From positions 1 to 36,000 of the forward strand of contig JBDGTS010000052.1 in assembly GCA_042216675.1 (NCBI GenBank): a DNA stretch of 36,000 nt, written 5' to 3'. This document shows positions 25,992 to 35,015 of this stretch, piece after piece. The position numbers and the translations under genes are program-made. The notes beneath the pieces were generated by a model. It had not been told where the DNA came from. It did no database searches and worked only from the letters and a program-made list of their open reading frames with translations. Positions within the stretch are counted from its first letter, which is position 1. The number at the start of each line of letters is the position of its first letter. Origin of the DNA: Halobacteriaceae archaeon (lineage in GTDB: Archaea; Halobacteriota; Halobacteria; Halobacteriales; Halobacteriaceae).

Positions 25992-26161
25992 CGCGGTCCA
26001 CCCCCCGAAGTGCGGGGAACGCCATCGCCACGTGCGGGACCGGTCCCGTCCGGTCCGGTCCCCCGACGCACGTGGAAGGGATTGTCGAAGATAGAATTTC
26101 CACTCATCTAATTCGTGGTTTCACCTCGTCGAATATAGTCGTGTCGGCTGCGCGACCGCGG

Positions 26162-27946
26162 TCAGGACGGGGCGCTCGCGTCCGCGTCGCGGGACACCAC
26201 CCGCCAGTCGGCCGGCGAGAGTTCGTTGCCGTCGACCGCGGCGTGTTCGGGGTAGGCGGTCAGGACGAGGTAGGGGGCCCGCCCGCGGAGGACCGCGACC
26301 AGGCGGCGGAGGTTCGACTCGGTCAGCGCCCCCAGGTCGTCGAGGAGGAGGACGGGAACGCGGTCCGCGACGTCGAACGCCGCGTGGCCGGCCAGGGCCG
26401 CGACGATGCCGAGGAGTTCGCGCTCGCCGTCGCTGAGGGAGGCGAGCCGCGTCTCCCGGCCGTCGCGAGCGACCACGAGGTCGAACGACCCGGTGAGGTG
26501 CGCGCCCTCGAAACCCGTGTCGAACGCTTCGAGGACGTCCGCGAGCGCTGCCGAGAACGCCTCGCGGGTCCGCCGCTCGACGCGGTCCTTCCGGGTCCGG
26601 AGATCCTCTATCTCCCCGGACAGGGCCTCGTACTGCTCCTGGAGGGCGTCCCGGTCGGCCGCGCGCGTCTCGGCCGCCTCGAGGTCCTCGCGGGCGTCCG
26701 CGAGTTCGGCTTCGGTGTACTTGATCTCGCTCTCCAGGTCGGTGACCCGTTCGTCGACCGTCTCGACGGTCTCCGCGAGCCCCGCTATCTCGTCGGTCAG
26801 CGTCTCGCGCTCCGCCCGGGCCGTCTCGAGGCTCTCCTCGGTCTCCGCGAGGCGGCGTTCGAGGTCGGCGATCCGGTCCTCGAGGTCCCGTTCGCGCCGG
26901 CGGGCGGCGCGGGCCGCCTCGCGTCTCTCCTCTAGCTCGTCGACCCGGTCGCGGACCTCCCTCTCCCGTCGCCGGTGCTCGTCGATCCGGTCCTCGAGTG
27001 CCGCGAGGCGCTCTTCGACGGTCTCGGTGCTCGCCTCGGCGCCACAGACCCAGCAGGTCACGTCGTCGGCGATCACCTCGCGCGAGACGTCCGTCAGCAA
27101 CTCCAGTCGCCCCGCGTCGAGGACGCGCCGGTTCGCCTCGTAGACCGACTGGAGCAGTTCCCGGTCCCGCTCGACGTCCCGGAGGTCGGCGCGCCGGCGC
27201 TCAAGTTCGTCCGCCACGTCCTCGCCCGCGGGCACGTCGAGCGCGTCCAGTTCCTCGCGGGCCTCGGCGAGAGAGTCGCGGACGCTCTCGGCGGTCGCAG
27301 CCAGTCGTTCGATGCGCGAGTCGAGGCGGTCGCGTTCGGCCCGCCGGTCGCTCAGTCGGTCACGGGCCGGCCGTTCCCCTTCGGCGGCGTCCAGGTCCGC
27401 CCGACGCTCGCGCAGCGAAGCCAGGTCCGCCTCCAGCGAGGTCACCCGGCGCTGGAGGCGAGGCAGGCGCTCGGCGGCGTCCTCGGCCCGGTCGAGTTCC
27501 GCCTCGACTCGGTCGCGCTCCGCGCGGCGGTCCGCGATGCGCTCGTCGATGTTCTCGAAGTCCAGCGGTCGGGTCAGCACCGCCGCGAGGTTCCGCCCGT
27601 CCCGGACGGCGGCACGCACGTCGTTGCTCTCGCCGAGGACTGCGAACAGCGACGCACAGACGCGGTCGTACTCGTCGTCGAGGTAGGGCGTCCCGGCGCT
27701 CCGAACCGCCCCGTCTGAGCGCGTCAGGTCGACGGCGTACTCCGCCTCGTCCGTCCGGAGCGACACCCGACCGCGCTCCTGCCCCTCGGTCAAGCGGGCG
27801 TCCGTCCCCAGCACGGCCTCGATGCCCGCGAGGAAACTGGACTTGCCCTGCCAGTTGCTCGCGCGGACGACGTTCACGCCCGGTTCGACCGCCGCCTCCG
27901 CCCGGCGGATGCCGGCGACGTTCTCGATGGCGAGTCGCCAGGTCAT
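26162..27946 (-). CDS. Archaea-specific SMC-like ATPase (Sph family)
   Basis: ENVAGI...NWQGKSS Walker A, long coiled coil with a central CWVCG hook, LSDGERE signature and VLLLDD Walker B. Confidence 0.88.
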   Translation of the reverse strand: MTWRLAIENVAGIRRAEAAVEPGVNVVRASNWQGKSSFLAGIEAVLGTDARLTEGQERGRVSLRTDEAEYAVDLTRSDGAVRSAGTPYLDDEYDRVCASLFAVLGESNDVRAAVRDGRNLAAVLTRPLDFENIDERIADRRAERDRVEAELDRAEDAAERLPRLQRRVTSLEADLASLRERRADLDAAEGERPARDRLSDRRAERDRLDSRIERLAATAESVRDSLAEAREELDALDVPAGEDVADELERRRADLRDVERDRELLQSVYEANRRVLDAGRLELLTDVSREVIADDVTCWVCGAEASTETVEERLAALEDRIDEHRRREREVRDRVDELEERREAARAARRRERDLEDRIADLERRLAETEESLETARAERETLTDEIAGLAETVETVDERVTDLESEIKYTEAELADAREDLEAAETRAADRDALQEQYEALSGEIEDLRTRKDRVERRTREAFSAALADVLEAFDTGFEGAHLTGSFDLVVARDGRETRLASLSDGERELLGIVAALAGHAAFDVADRVPVLLLDDLGALTESNLRRLVAVLRGRAPYLVLTAYPEHAAVDGNELSPADWRVVSRDADASAPS

Positions 27947-27947
27947 C

Positions 27948-28727
27948 TCAGAGCGCCGTGCCGACCCCGACGTCGAGGAGTGCCGGCGACTCGAGGAGGG
28001 CGGCGGACGCCAGTCGGGCCACGCCCGCCGCGAGTGCAGCGCCCCCCAGTCCGTTCGTCAGGCGCTCGCGGGCCCGCTCGCGGCCACCCTCGTCGCGGTC
28101 CTCGCTCTCGACGGTGGTCGACTCCGCGTGCGTCTCGCAGACGTATCCCCGCTCGAGGGCGTCCTCGAAGGGCACGCGGACGGCACACTCCGGGCAGCCC
28201 AGTTTGACCTGCACGTCGACCCGGCTCCGCTCGGCGTCGGGGAGGCGACCCTTGCTCGCGAGCGAGGAGAGGACCGAGCGCGTCATCTCCTCGGCGCGCC
28301 GGCGGGCCATCCGAACCGTGTTGTGCTCCCAGTCGGTCGACGCGGACCGGGTCCCCTTCTCCGCGTCGAGGCAGTCCTTGAGGTGGTGGCGCATCGTCGA
28401 CCACGAGACCAGTTCGTCGGCCAGGTCGTCGACGTCGAGGCCGTCCGCGGCGAGGTCGGCGGCGAGTTCGTCCCGGTCGACGCCGTCGTCGCCGGTGATG
28501 ACTTCGTACTCTCGGTCGAGGTGGACGCCCGCGTCGCGGCCGGCCGCCTCGTAGCGCCGGCGCAGCACGCGCTTGTTGAACCACTCGGTCAGCGTCTTGT
28601 ACCCGTCGGCGGCCCGGCCGTCCGCCCCGGTCCACCGCGCCACCAGGTACTCGTCGACCGCGTCGTACCCGGGGTCGGGCACGGTGAGCGAGTGGCGTTC
28701 GACGAGTGAGTCGACCTTGCAGCCCAT
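27948..28727 (-). CDS. rdfA: Rod-determining factor RdfA family protein
   Basis: GCKV, LVARWTG, LTEWFN, VSWSTMRHHLKDCL and CPEC...GYVC motifs. Immediately upstream of the Sph gene. Confidence 0.8.
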   Translation of the reverse strand: MGCKVDSLVERHSLTVPDPGYDAVDEYLVARWTGADGRAADGYKTLTEWFNKRVLRRRYEAAGRDAGVHLDREYEVITGDDGVDRDELAADLAADGLDVDDLADELVSWSTMRHHLKDCLDAEKGTRSASTDWEHNTVRMARRRAEEMTRSVLSSLASKGRLPDAERSRVDVQVKLGCPECAVRVPFEDALERGYVCETHAESTTVESEDRDEGGRERARERLTNGLGGAALAAGVARLASAALLESPALLDVGVGTAL

Positions 28728-28807
28728 CGTGGATTCTACGTCGTCGTTGTGCGCGGCCGACCATAAGCGTGACCGTGCCGGCCGGCGGAATCGAGCGCGT
28801 TCGCGGC

Positions 28808-30157
28808 TCAGCCCCGGCGCGGGACCCAGTACACCGAGAGGACGACGGCCCAGATGACCGCCACCGTCACGAGGACGTGCGGGTTCGTCTCGTGGAGGTG
28901 CCAGAACAGGGCCAGGAGGGTCGCGCCCGACCCGAGGGCCCCCACGGCCGGCACGACCGCGGTCAGGACGCCGTCGCCCCGCCGGGTGAACGCGAGCAGA
29001 CTCACGCTCCCGAAGATGGTGGTGAAGGCGCCCGACGCGAAGGAGGTGATGCTGTTGAGGTTGCCGTAGACGGTGAAGATGCCCGTCAGCACCCCGAGGA
29101 CGAGGATAGTCTTGACCGGCGGGCCCCCGCTCTCGTCCTCGCCCGTCGAGCGGTGGTGTCGGGTCGGCGTCGAGTGGGCCGACAGGCCGCTCCCACCGTC
29201 GGTGCCCACCGCGCGCGATCCCTGCCGGTGGTCCCCGCTGGTCGCCGCGTTGCTCATCTGATCGGCCAAGCGGGCGGCGCTGAACAGTGTCGCGTTGAGC
29301 GCGCTCGCGGTCGAGATGACCGCCGCCACGGCGATGAGGGTGAACCCGAGCGGCCCGAAGAACGGGCGCGCGGCGACGGCCAGCGCCGTCTCGGCGTGCT
29401 GTTTGATGACCGACGCGGAGACGAGGTTCGTCGTCACCACCGCCACGAGGACGTACAGCGCCGTCGTGCCGACGACGGACACGTAGATGGCCTTGCGGAC
29501 CGTCTCGCGGGGATTCTCGATGCTGTCCTGATCGAACAGCAGCAGTTCCCACCCCTCGAAGGCGACGAAGGCGATTGCGGCCGTGGTGAGCGCCCCGACG
29601 TCGAGTGCCCCGACGCCGCTCGCGAGTTCGCCGTGGGTCGCTCCGAAGTAGATTCCCCCGACGCTGAACGCGAGCAGAATGGCGACCTTGGACGCGACGA
29701 GAGCGTCCTCGGTCCGTCCCGAGGCCCGCGCGCCGAGGAGGTTCAGGCCGCCGAAGCCGGCCACGGCGGCGACCGAGAACAGGGGCCGGACGGGGACCCC
29801 CGCCACCGCGTGCAGGCCGACGAGTTCCGCGAGGTAGCTCCCGAACGCGTAGGCGTACATCGCCATCGTCCCGACGTAGCCGAACGTGAGCAGCCACCCC
29901 GCCATCCCGGCGAACCGGCTGTCGCCCGTGAGTTCCTCGATCTGACCCAGCGGACTCCGGTCGCGCTCACAGAGGTCGTTGAGGCGGACGAACGAGTAGC
30001 CCGCACAGAGCGCGACGACCCCGGAGAGCGTGAACGCGATCCAGGCGGCCGTGCCGGCGCCCGCCGCGACGACCCCGAGGACCGCGAAGATGCCGCCACC
30101 GACCATGCCGCCGACGGCGATCGACACCGACTCGTAGAGTCCGATCTTCTCGCCCAT
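28808..30157 (-). CDS. APC family amino-acid permease
   Basis: GGMVGGGIF, FVAFEGWEL and STASALNATLF motifs, 11-12 TM segments. Confidence 0.92.
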   Translation of the reverse strand: MGEKIGLYESVSIAVGGMVGGGIFAVLGVVAAGAGTAAWIAFTLSGVVALCAGYSFVRLNDLCERDRSPLGQIEELTGDSRFAGMAGWLLTFGYVGTMAMYAYAFGSYLAELVGLHAVAGVPVRPLFSVAAVAGFGGLNLLGARASGRTEDALVASKVAILLAFSVGGIYFGATHGELASGVGALDVGALTTAAIAFVAFEGWELLLFDQDSIENPRETVRKAIYVSVVGTTALYVLVAVVTTNLVSASVIKQHAETALAVAARPFFGPLGFTLIAVAAVISTASALNATLFSAARLADQMSNAATSGDHRQGSRAVGTDGGSGLSAHSTPTRHHRSTGEDESGGPPVKTILVLGVLTGIFTVYGNLNSITSFASGAFTTIFGSVSLLAFTRRGDGVLTAVVPAVGALGSGATLLALFWHLHETNPHVLVTVAVIWAVVLSVYWVPRRG

Positions 30158-30238
30158 GCCCTATCGCGGGCTCCCATGCCGTTCAAACCTCCGGCCGGAC
30201 ACGGTTGGCGGACCCCAAATTCCGGTCCGGGAACCGGG

Positions 30239-32650
30239 TCAGTCCGCGGACGTCCCGTTGGCCGCGATCTTCTGGAGGTCCTGGTGTGGGGCCTGGTCGT
30301 AGGCCGCGATGACGTCGGTCCGGGTCACCATCCCCACTATCTCGCCGTTCGAGGCGACGATGGGGACGCGACCGATGTCGGCGCCGACCATCCGGTCGAC
30401 CAGCGTGAGGAGGTTGGTGTGCGGGGAGGCGGTCACGACCTCGGTGACGCCGATCGTCTCGACCGGCGTCTCCGGCGTGATCTCGCGCTCCTCGCTCTCG
30501 GCCTCGACGACGAGGTTCCCTCCGTTGGTCGCGAGGTCCGCCCCGTCGCTCTCGTCGGCGCCGGGGATGGTCAGCACGCTCTCGAGGTCCGAGCGGACGA
30601 GGATGCCGGCGACGTGCCCGTCCTCGTCGACGATGGGCAGGCCGCGGTGGGAGGTGCGCTGGAAGACGCCGAGGGCGTCCTCGATCGGCGTTCCCGTGCG
30701 GATGGTGTCGACGTTCGTGGTCATGACGTCCTTGGCCGTGAGGTCCTCCAGGCCCCCGATGCGGCGCTCCTGGACGGTCATGCCCTTGTCGCGGAGCTTC
30801 TCGGTGTAGATGGTCCCGCCGTTGAGCAGGAACTGGGCCACCTCGCTGCCGACCACCGTGACCACGAGCAGCGGCAGGATGATGGTGTACTGCCCGGTCA
30901 ACTCGAAGATGATGAGCGTCGCCGTCAGGGGCGCGCTCGCGGCGGCGGCGAACACGCCCGCCGTGCCGACCAGCGCGTAGGCCCCGGCGCCGGCGACGCC
31001 CGCGAACACCCCGTTGACGACGACGCCGAAGGCCCCGCCGACCATCGCGCCGACGAACAGCGACGGCGAGAACACCCCGCCGGAACTGCCGCTGCCGACC
31101 GAGAGCGAGAACCCGACCGCCTTCATCAGGGCCAGCGTCACGAGGATGGCGAGGGTCAACTCGCCGGCGATGCCCGAGTGGATGGTGCCGTAGCCGACGC
31201 CGAACAGCCAGGTCGCGCTCTGGTGGCCGTCGGCGCCCAGCGTGGTGGCGGCGACGAGTACCGAGAGGCCCAGCAGCGCCCCGCCGATGGTGGGCTTGAC
31301 GTAGCCCGGCAAGTCGAGGCGGTGGAGGAAGAGGTGCTCCGTGGCGTAGAGCAGTTTGACGACGCCGGCGCCGACGAACGCGACGACGACGCCCATCAGG
31401 ATGTAGAGCGGGAACTCCAGCGCGGGGTTGACGAGCTGGTAGTGGACCGGCACGAGGAACTCGTGGACCCCCGGCGCCGCGGTGAACCCGAGGATAGAGC
31501 GCGCGACGGCCGTCGCCGTCACCGCGCTCAGTACGACCACGATGACGTTCTGGAGGTAGTACTCCGCGAGGAGTATCTCCAGCGCGAACATCACGCCCGC
31601 GATCGGCGTGTTGAACGTCGCGGCGATGCCGCCGCCCGCCCCCGCGGCGACCAGCGTCCGGGTGTACCGCGAGTCCACGAACTTCCCGAAGTACGACCCC
31701 GCCGCGCTCCCGATCTGGACGATGGGGCCCTCGCGGCCGAGGGAGGCGCCGCTCCCGATGGCGATGCTCGACGCGAGCGTCTTGTAGAGGGAGATCTTCG
31801 GGTTTATCTTGCCGTTCTCGGTCATCAGCGCCTCCAGCACCTCGGGCACCCCGTGCCCGCGGACTTTCGTCGTCGTCGCGCGGATGACGAGACCGACGAG
31901 CAAGCCTCCGACGGCGGGGATGAGGAGGTACCGCCAGTCGCCGAGGACGCCGAGTCCGTCGAAGACGTTCGGCACGGAGATGGCCGCGAAACTCACCGAC
32001 CCCGGGTTGAGCGACGTCCCGAAGAAGGCCTCCTGGAAGACGTAGATGGTGATACGGAAGAGGACAGCGCCGAGACCGGCGATGACCCCGATCACGATGG
32101 CGATGAGGTTGAGCCGCAACCCCTCGCTGAAGAGGACGCGTCGCCCGCCCGCGAGCACCGTCGCGACCCGTGCCCGGATATACCCCCCGACGGCGACCGC
32201 GGCGCTGCGTGGGCCGGGGCCGTCCGCGCGTGCGCGGTCTCGCCGTCCCGGGTCGCGCCGGTACCGCCGGGCGAAGTCCGAGGCGTTGACCGCGACCACG
32301 AGGGCGCCGCCGGCGAGACTCGCCGCCGTCAGCACCGCGACGACGTGGAGGTCCAGGTGCAACGAGAAGGCGACGACCCAGAGCCCCAGCACCGTCGCGA
32401 CGCGCAGGCCGTCGGGGTGTTCGAGGCTCCCCTCCCAGGTCCGGTAGAGGTTGAAGGTGCCCAGGGCCGCGACGGCTGTGCCGACCGCTGCGGTGTCGAG
32501 GCGCTCGACTGCCGGGCCGGCGAAGAGGAGGCCGGCGCCGAGGAGTCCCAGCCCGACGGCTGTCGTCACCGCGCTCGGCCACGCCGCTCCGTCGTCCGGG
32601 CCGTCCCACAAGAGATCGCCGACGACGTCCGCCGGATGACTACTGGTCAC
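30239..32650 (-). CDS. CLC chloride channel/transporter with a CBS pair and an extra N-terminal membrane domain
   Basis: GHGVP, LGREGP, FNTPIAG and GGVFSP motifs, two CBS domains. GGAGGT SD before GTG 32650. Confidence 0.9.
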   Translation of the reverse strand: MTSSHPADVVGDLLWDGPDDGAAWPSAVTTAVGLGLLGAGLLFAGPAVERLDTAAVGTAVAALGTFNLYRTWEGSLEHPDGLRVATVLGLWVVAFSLHLDLHVVAVLTAASLAGGALVVAVNASDFARRYRRDPGRRDRARADGPGPRSAAVAVGGYIRARVATVLAGGRRVLFSEGLRLNLIAIVIGVIAGLGAVLFRITIYVFQEAFFGTSLNPGSVSFAAISVPNVFDGLGVLGDWRYLLIPAVGGLLVGLVIRATTTKVRGHGVPEVLEALMTENGKINPKISLYKTLASSIAIGSGASLGREGPIVQIGSAAGSYFGKFVDSRYTRTLVAAGAGGGIAATFNTPIAGVMFALEILLAEYYLQNVIVVVLSAVTATAVARSILGFTAAPGVHEFLVPVHYQLVNPALEFPLYILMGVVVAFVGAGVVKLLYATEHLFLHRLDLPGYVKPTIGGALLGLSVLVAATTLGADGHQSATWLFGVGYGTIHSGIAGELTLAILVTLALMKAVGFSLSVGSGSSGGVFSPSLFVGAMVGGAFGVVVNGVFAGVAGAGAYALVGTAGVFAAAASAPLTATLIIFELTGQYTIILPLLVVTVVGSEVAQFLLNGGTIYTEKLRDKGMTVQERRIGGLEDLTAKDVMTTNVDTIRTGTPIEDALGVFQRTSHRGLPIVDEDGHVAGILVRSDLESVLTIPGADESDGADLATNGGNLVVEAESEEREITPETPVETIGVTEVVTASPHTNLLTLVDRMVGADIGRVPIVASNGEIVGMVTRTDVIAAYDQAPHQDLQKIAANGTSAD

Positions 32651-32806
32651 GAATGGACCTCCGTCATAGACGTCCGAGGCTAGGCGACCACAGTACTTGA
32701 AGGATGCTACTTGCGGTGACTCCCCCGTCCCGCGACTACTACCCCCGACGCTCCGGGGTCTCGTGGCCGGGCCCCGCGCACACGACCCCGACTCGCGACG
32801 GAGGCG

Positions 32807-32831
32807 GTGACAACCCCGAACGGTGTTGTCA
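32807..32831. repeat. Palindromic element TGACAAC-N10-GTTGTCA just downstream of nirK (near copy of 22677-22698)
   Basis: Perfect 7-bp arms and 20/22 identity to the 22677 copy. Confidence 0.55.
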
Positions 32832-32842
32832 GCGACCGCCGC

Positions 32843-33964
32843 TCAGTACTTCGGCCCCTCCTCGTCGGCGCTCGCCGGCTTGTCGGGCGAGGGGTCGAAC
32901 AGGTCCGGGCGCTCCTCGCCGGCGACGTCTATCTCGGCCAGCAGCCCCTTGTGTGCCACGCGGGAGAGCGAGTGGTCGACGAGTTTGATGCGCTCGGTGA
33001 CCGGGAGGTCCATCTCGCCCACGAAGGTGCTCCCGGGGGGAACCGTCTGGGTCTGGACGAACTTCATCGGGTCGGAGGCGAGTGCCCCCTGCGGGTAGGC
33101 GTCCGCCCAGACGTTCCCGATGGGGTGGAAACTGGACGCGAGGTTCGGTCCCCCGGTGACCATGAAGACCCGGACGCGTTCGCCCTGTTTCGCCGCCATC
33201 GGCCCGTAGCGGTCGGGCGTGAAGGGGTACTTCTCCCCGTTGAACAGGACGTAGGACGGCGTCTCGTCCTTCATCGCCTGCATGTCGAACTTGTGGTGAC
33301 CCTTCTTGCCGGCGGGCTTGTCGGTGTAGACTTCGTGCTGACCGAGGTAGAACTCGCGGTCGACCTCGGGTAGTCCCTCCTTCGGTTCGACCACTATCAT
33401 CCCGAACATGCCGGAACTGATGTGCATGTCCAGGGTCGGGACCGCACAGTGGTAGATGAAGGCCCCGGGGTAGTCTGCGCGGAACGTCTCCGCGTTCGAC
33501 TCGCCGGGCGCGGCGGTGGTCGCGACGTTGCCGCCGCCGGTCCCGTAGATGGCGTGCATGTCGACGTTGTGCTGGCGCATGTTGTCCGGCAGGTTCTCCA
33601 TGGTGAACGAGACCGTGTCGCCCTGCCGGACCCGGATCATCGGTCCGGGCACCTGCCCGTCGAAGGTCATGAAGTTGAACGTGACGCCCGGCTCTATCTC
33701 CGCGGTGAGTTCCTCGACTCTCAGCGTCACCTCGTGGTGTTTCGGCTCCGACCAGTCGACGGGGTCGGGGACGTCGCTCGGGTCGGCCGCCACCCGGTCG
33801 ACGTCGACCGACCTGGCCGCCGTCGACCCCCCGCTCGAGGTGGTCGTCGTGGTCTGCGCCGCCCCCGTCTCGGATGGGTACGATGCCGTGTTGCACCCGG
33901 CCACCGACGCCGCGCCGCCGATGCCGAGTGCCTGCAGGACGCGTCGCCGGGTCGATTTCGTCAT
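32843..33964 (-). CDS. nirK: Copper-containing nitrite reductase, Tat lipoprotein
   Basis: TRRRVL...VAGC Tat/lipobox signal. Cu-site motifs HNVDMH, YHCA..DMHISSGM, FHPIG and LVDHS. Confidence 0.96.
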   Translation of the reverse strand: MTKSTRRRVLQALGIGGAASVAGCNTASYPSETGAAQTTTTTSSGGSTAARSVDVDRVAADPSDVPDPVDWSEPKHHEVTLRVEELTAEIEPGVTFNFMTFDGQVPGPMIRVRQGDTVSFTMENLPDNMRQHNVDMHAIYGTGGGNVATTAAPGESNAETFRADYPGAFIYHCAVPTLDMHISSGMFGMIVVEPKEGLPEVDREFYLGQHEVYTDKPAGKKGHHKFDMQAMKDETPSYVLFNGEKYPFTPDRYGPMAAKQGERVRVFMVTGGPNLASSFHPIGNVWADAYPQGALASDPMKFVQTQTVPPGSTFVGEMDLPVTERIKLVDHSLSRVAHKGLLAEIDVAGEERPDLFDPSPDKPASADEEGPKY

Positions 33965-34038
33965 TGCTGGTCGCCTCACAGGTAGTGGTTGACACCGAGC
34001 GGCCTTGAACCGGCGAGACGGCTGCCGGCGCCCGAGAA

Positions 34039-34064
34039 CGAGGGGTGAAGATGTTGCACCCTCG
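34039..34064. promoter_or_regulatory. Imperfect inverted repeat upstream of nirK containing TGAAGATGTTGC
   Basis: CGAGGGGTG...CACCCTCG flanks a core resembling the CGAA-N4-TTCG element of haloarchaeal denitrification promoters. TTTATAA lies adjacent at 34066-34072. Confidence 0.45.
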
Positions 34065-34358
34065 GTTTATAAGTGTGGGCCGTTGCTCTGAGGGCGACGC
34101 CGTCCGCCGCGACGCGCGTCTCCGGATTGCTAACTCTCGATATTGAAAGACCGACATTCGAGTATAGAAATCGGATTACCGCGACTATATTGTCGATTGT
34201 GTCGCCACTTTGGGAAAAAGATGACGAAGATTCCCGTACGAATCGGTCTATACGTCGTTCTCGGTGGCGTCGGGGGACTTTCGAGAATGCTACTTGCCCC
34301 CACCGCCCACGGACGCGGCCGACCCGTCAGTCACGGGCCTTGGGCCGGGCGCCGCGAC

Positions 34359-34784
34359 TCACTCGAGTGCGTCGGTGACGTGTTCGTAGAGCGAACACCA
34401 GTCCTCGACGGCGATGTATCCCTGTACCTTCACGCACGCACCGAACCCGTCACCGTTCTTGTCGGGGACGAACTCCGAACAGTTCCCGCACGCGGTCCCC
34501 GGACGATGGGCCGACTGGTTCGTCGCCTCCTCGTGCTCGGTGAACGAGGCCTCCGCTTTCGTGACCAGGCTGTCCGTCGCTCGCGTCTCGCCGCCGAGTG
34601 AGACCGCAGTTCGATACGACTCCTCCAGTTCCTCGACCCGGCGGTATATCGTCTTCAACGACGTATCACAGCTCTCTGCGAGTGCCTTCGCGGAACGCGG
34701 CCGTTCGTACACGCGGCTGAAGATGGCCAGTGCCGTCTCGTCAGCGAGGACGTCGAGAAGCGGCTCTATCTGCGGGCTATACAC
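34359..34784 (-). CDS. Chimeric ORF: ArsR-like HTH N-terminus fused to a HiPIP-like [4Fe-4S] domain (possible deletion fusion or pseudogene)
   Basis: LLDVLADE...PRSAKALAESCDTSLKTIYRRVEEL followed by CGNC...GAC..VQGYIAVEDWCSLY. Confidence 0.65.
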   Translation of the reverse strand: MYSPQIEPLLDVLADETALAIFSRVYERPRSAKALAESCDTSLKTIYRRVEELEESYRTAVSLGGETRATDSLVTKAEASFTEHEEATNQSAHRPGTACGNCSEFVPDKNGDGFGACVKVQGYIAVEDWCSLYEHVTDALE

Positions 34785-35015
34785 GATATCGTGTGGACGA
34801 CGATGACAGATGCTGAAATACCACTTGTCTCTTCGGCGCTATTTGATCGAGTTCGCCGGGACCGCTCGGCGACAGTCCACGTCCGAGGCGCTATCTCGCT
34901 CGGACGCGGGGGCGGAACCCGCTACCCCGCCAGCCCACCGCACGACGAGTCGCCCGCCCCGCTGTCGAACGCGGTCCGTCCCCGGCCGACGTGGCCCCGG
35001 CCGGTCGGGGTTCCG

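Noticed and set aside
26162-27946. SMC-based defence system (Wadjet/Lamassu-like)
   Set aside because: No kleisin, nuclease or effector neighbours. The adjacent rdfA points to the Sph family instead.
27948-29897. 649-aa ORF as a single RdfA fusion
   Set aside because: The upstream part is an alternative frame over the APC gene. The RdfA-like sequence begins at ATG 28727.
28706-32683. 1325-aa plus-strand ORF
   Set aside because: Antisense shadow of the APC and CLC genes, typical of high-GC DNA, with no recognisable motifs.
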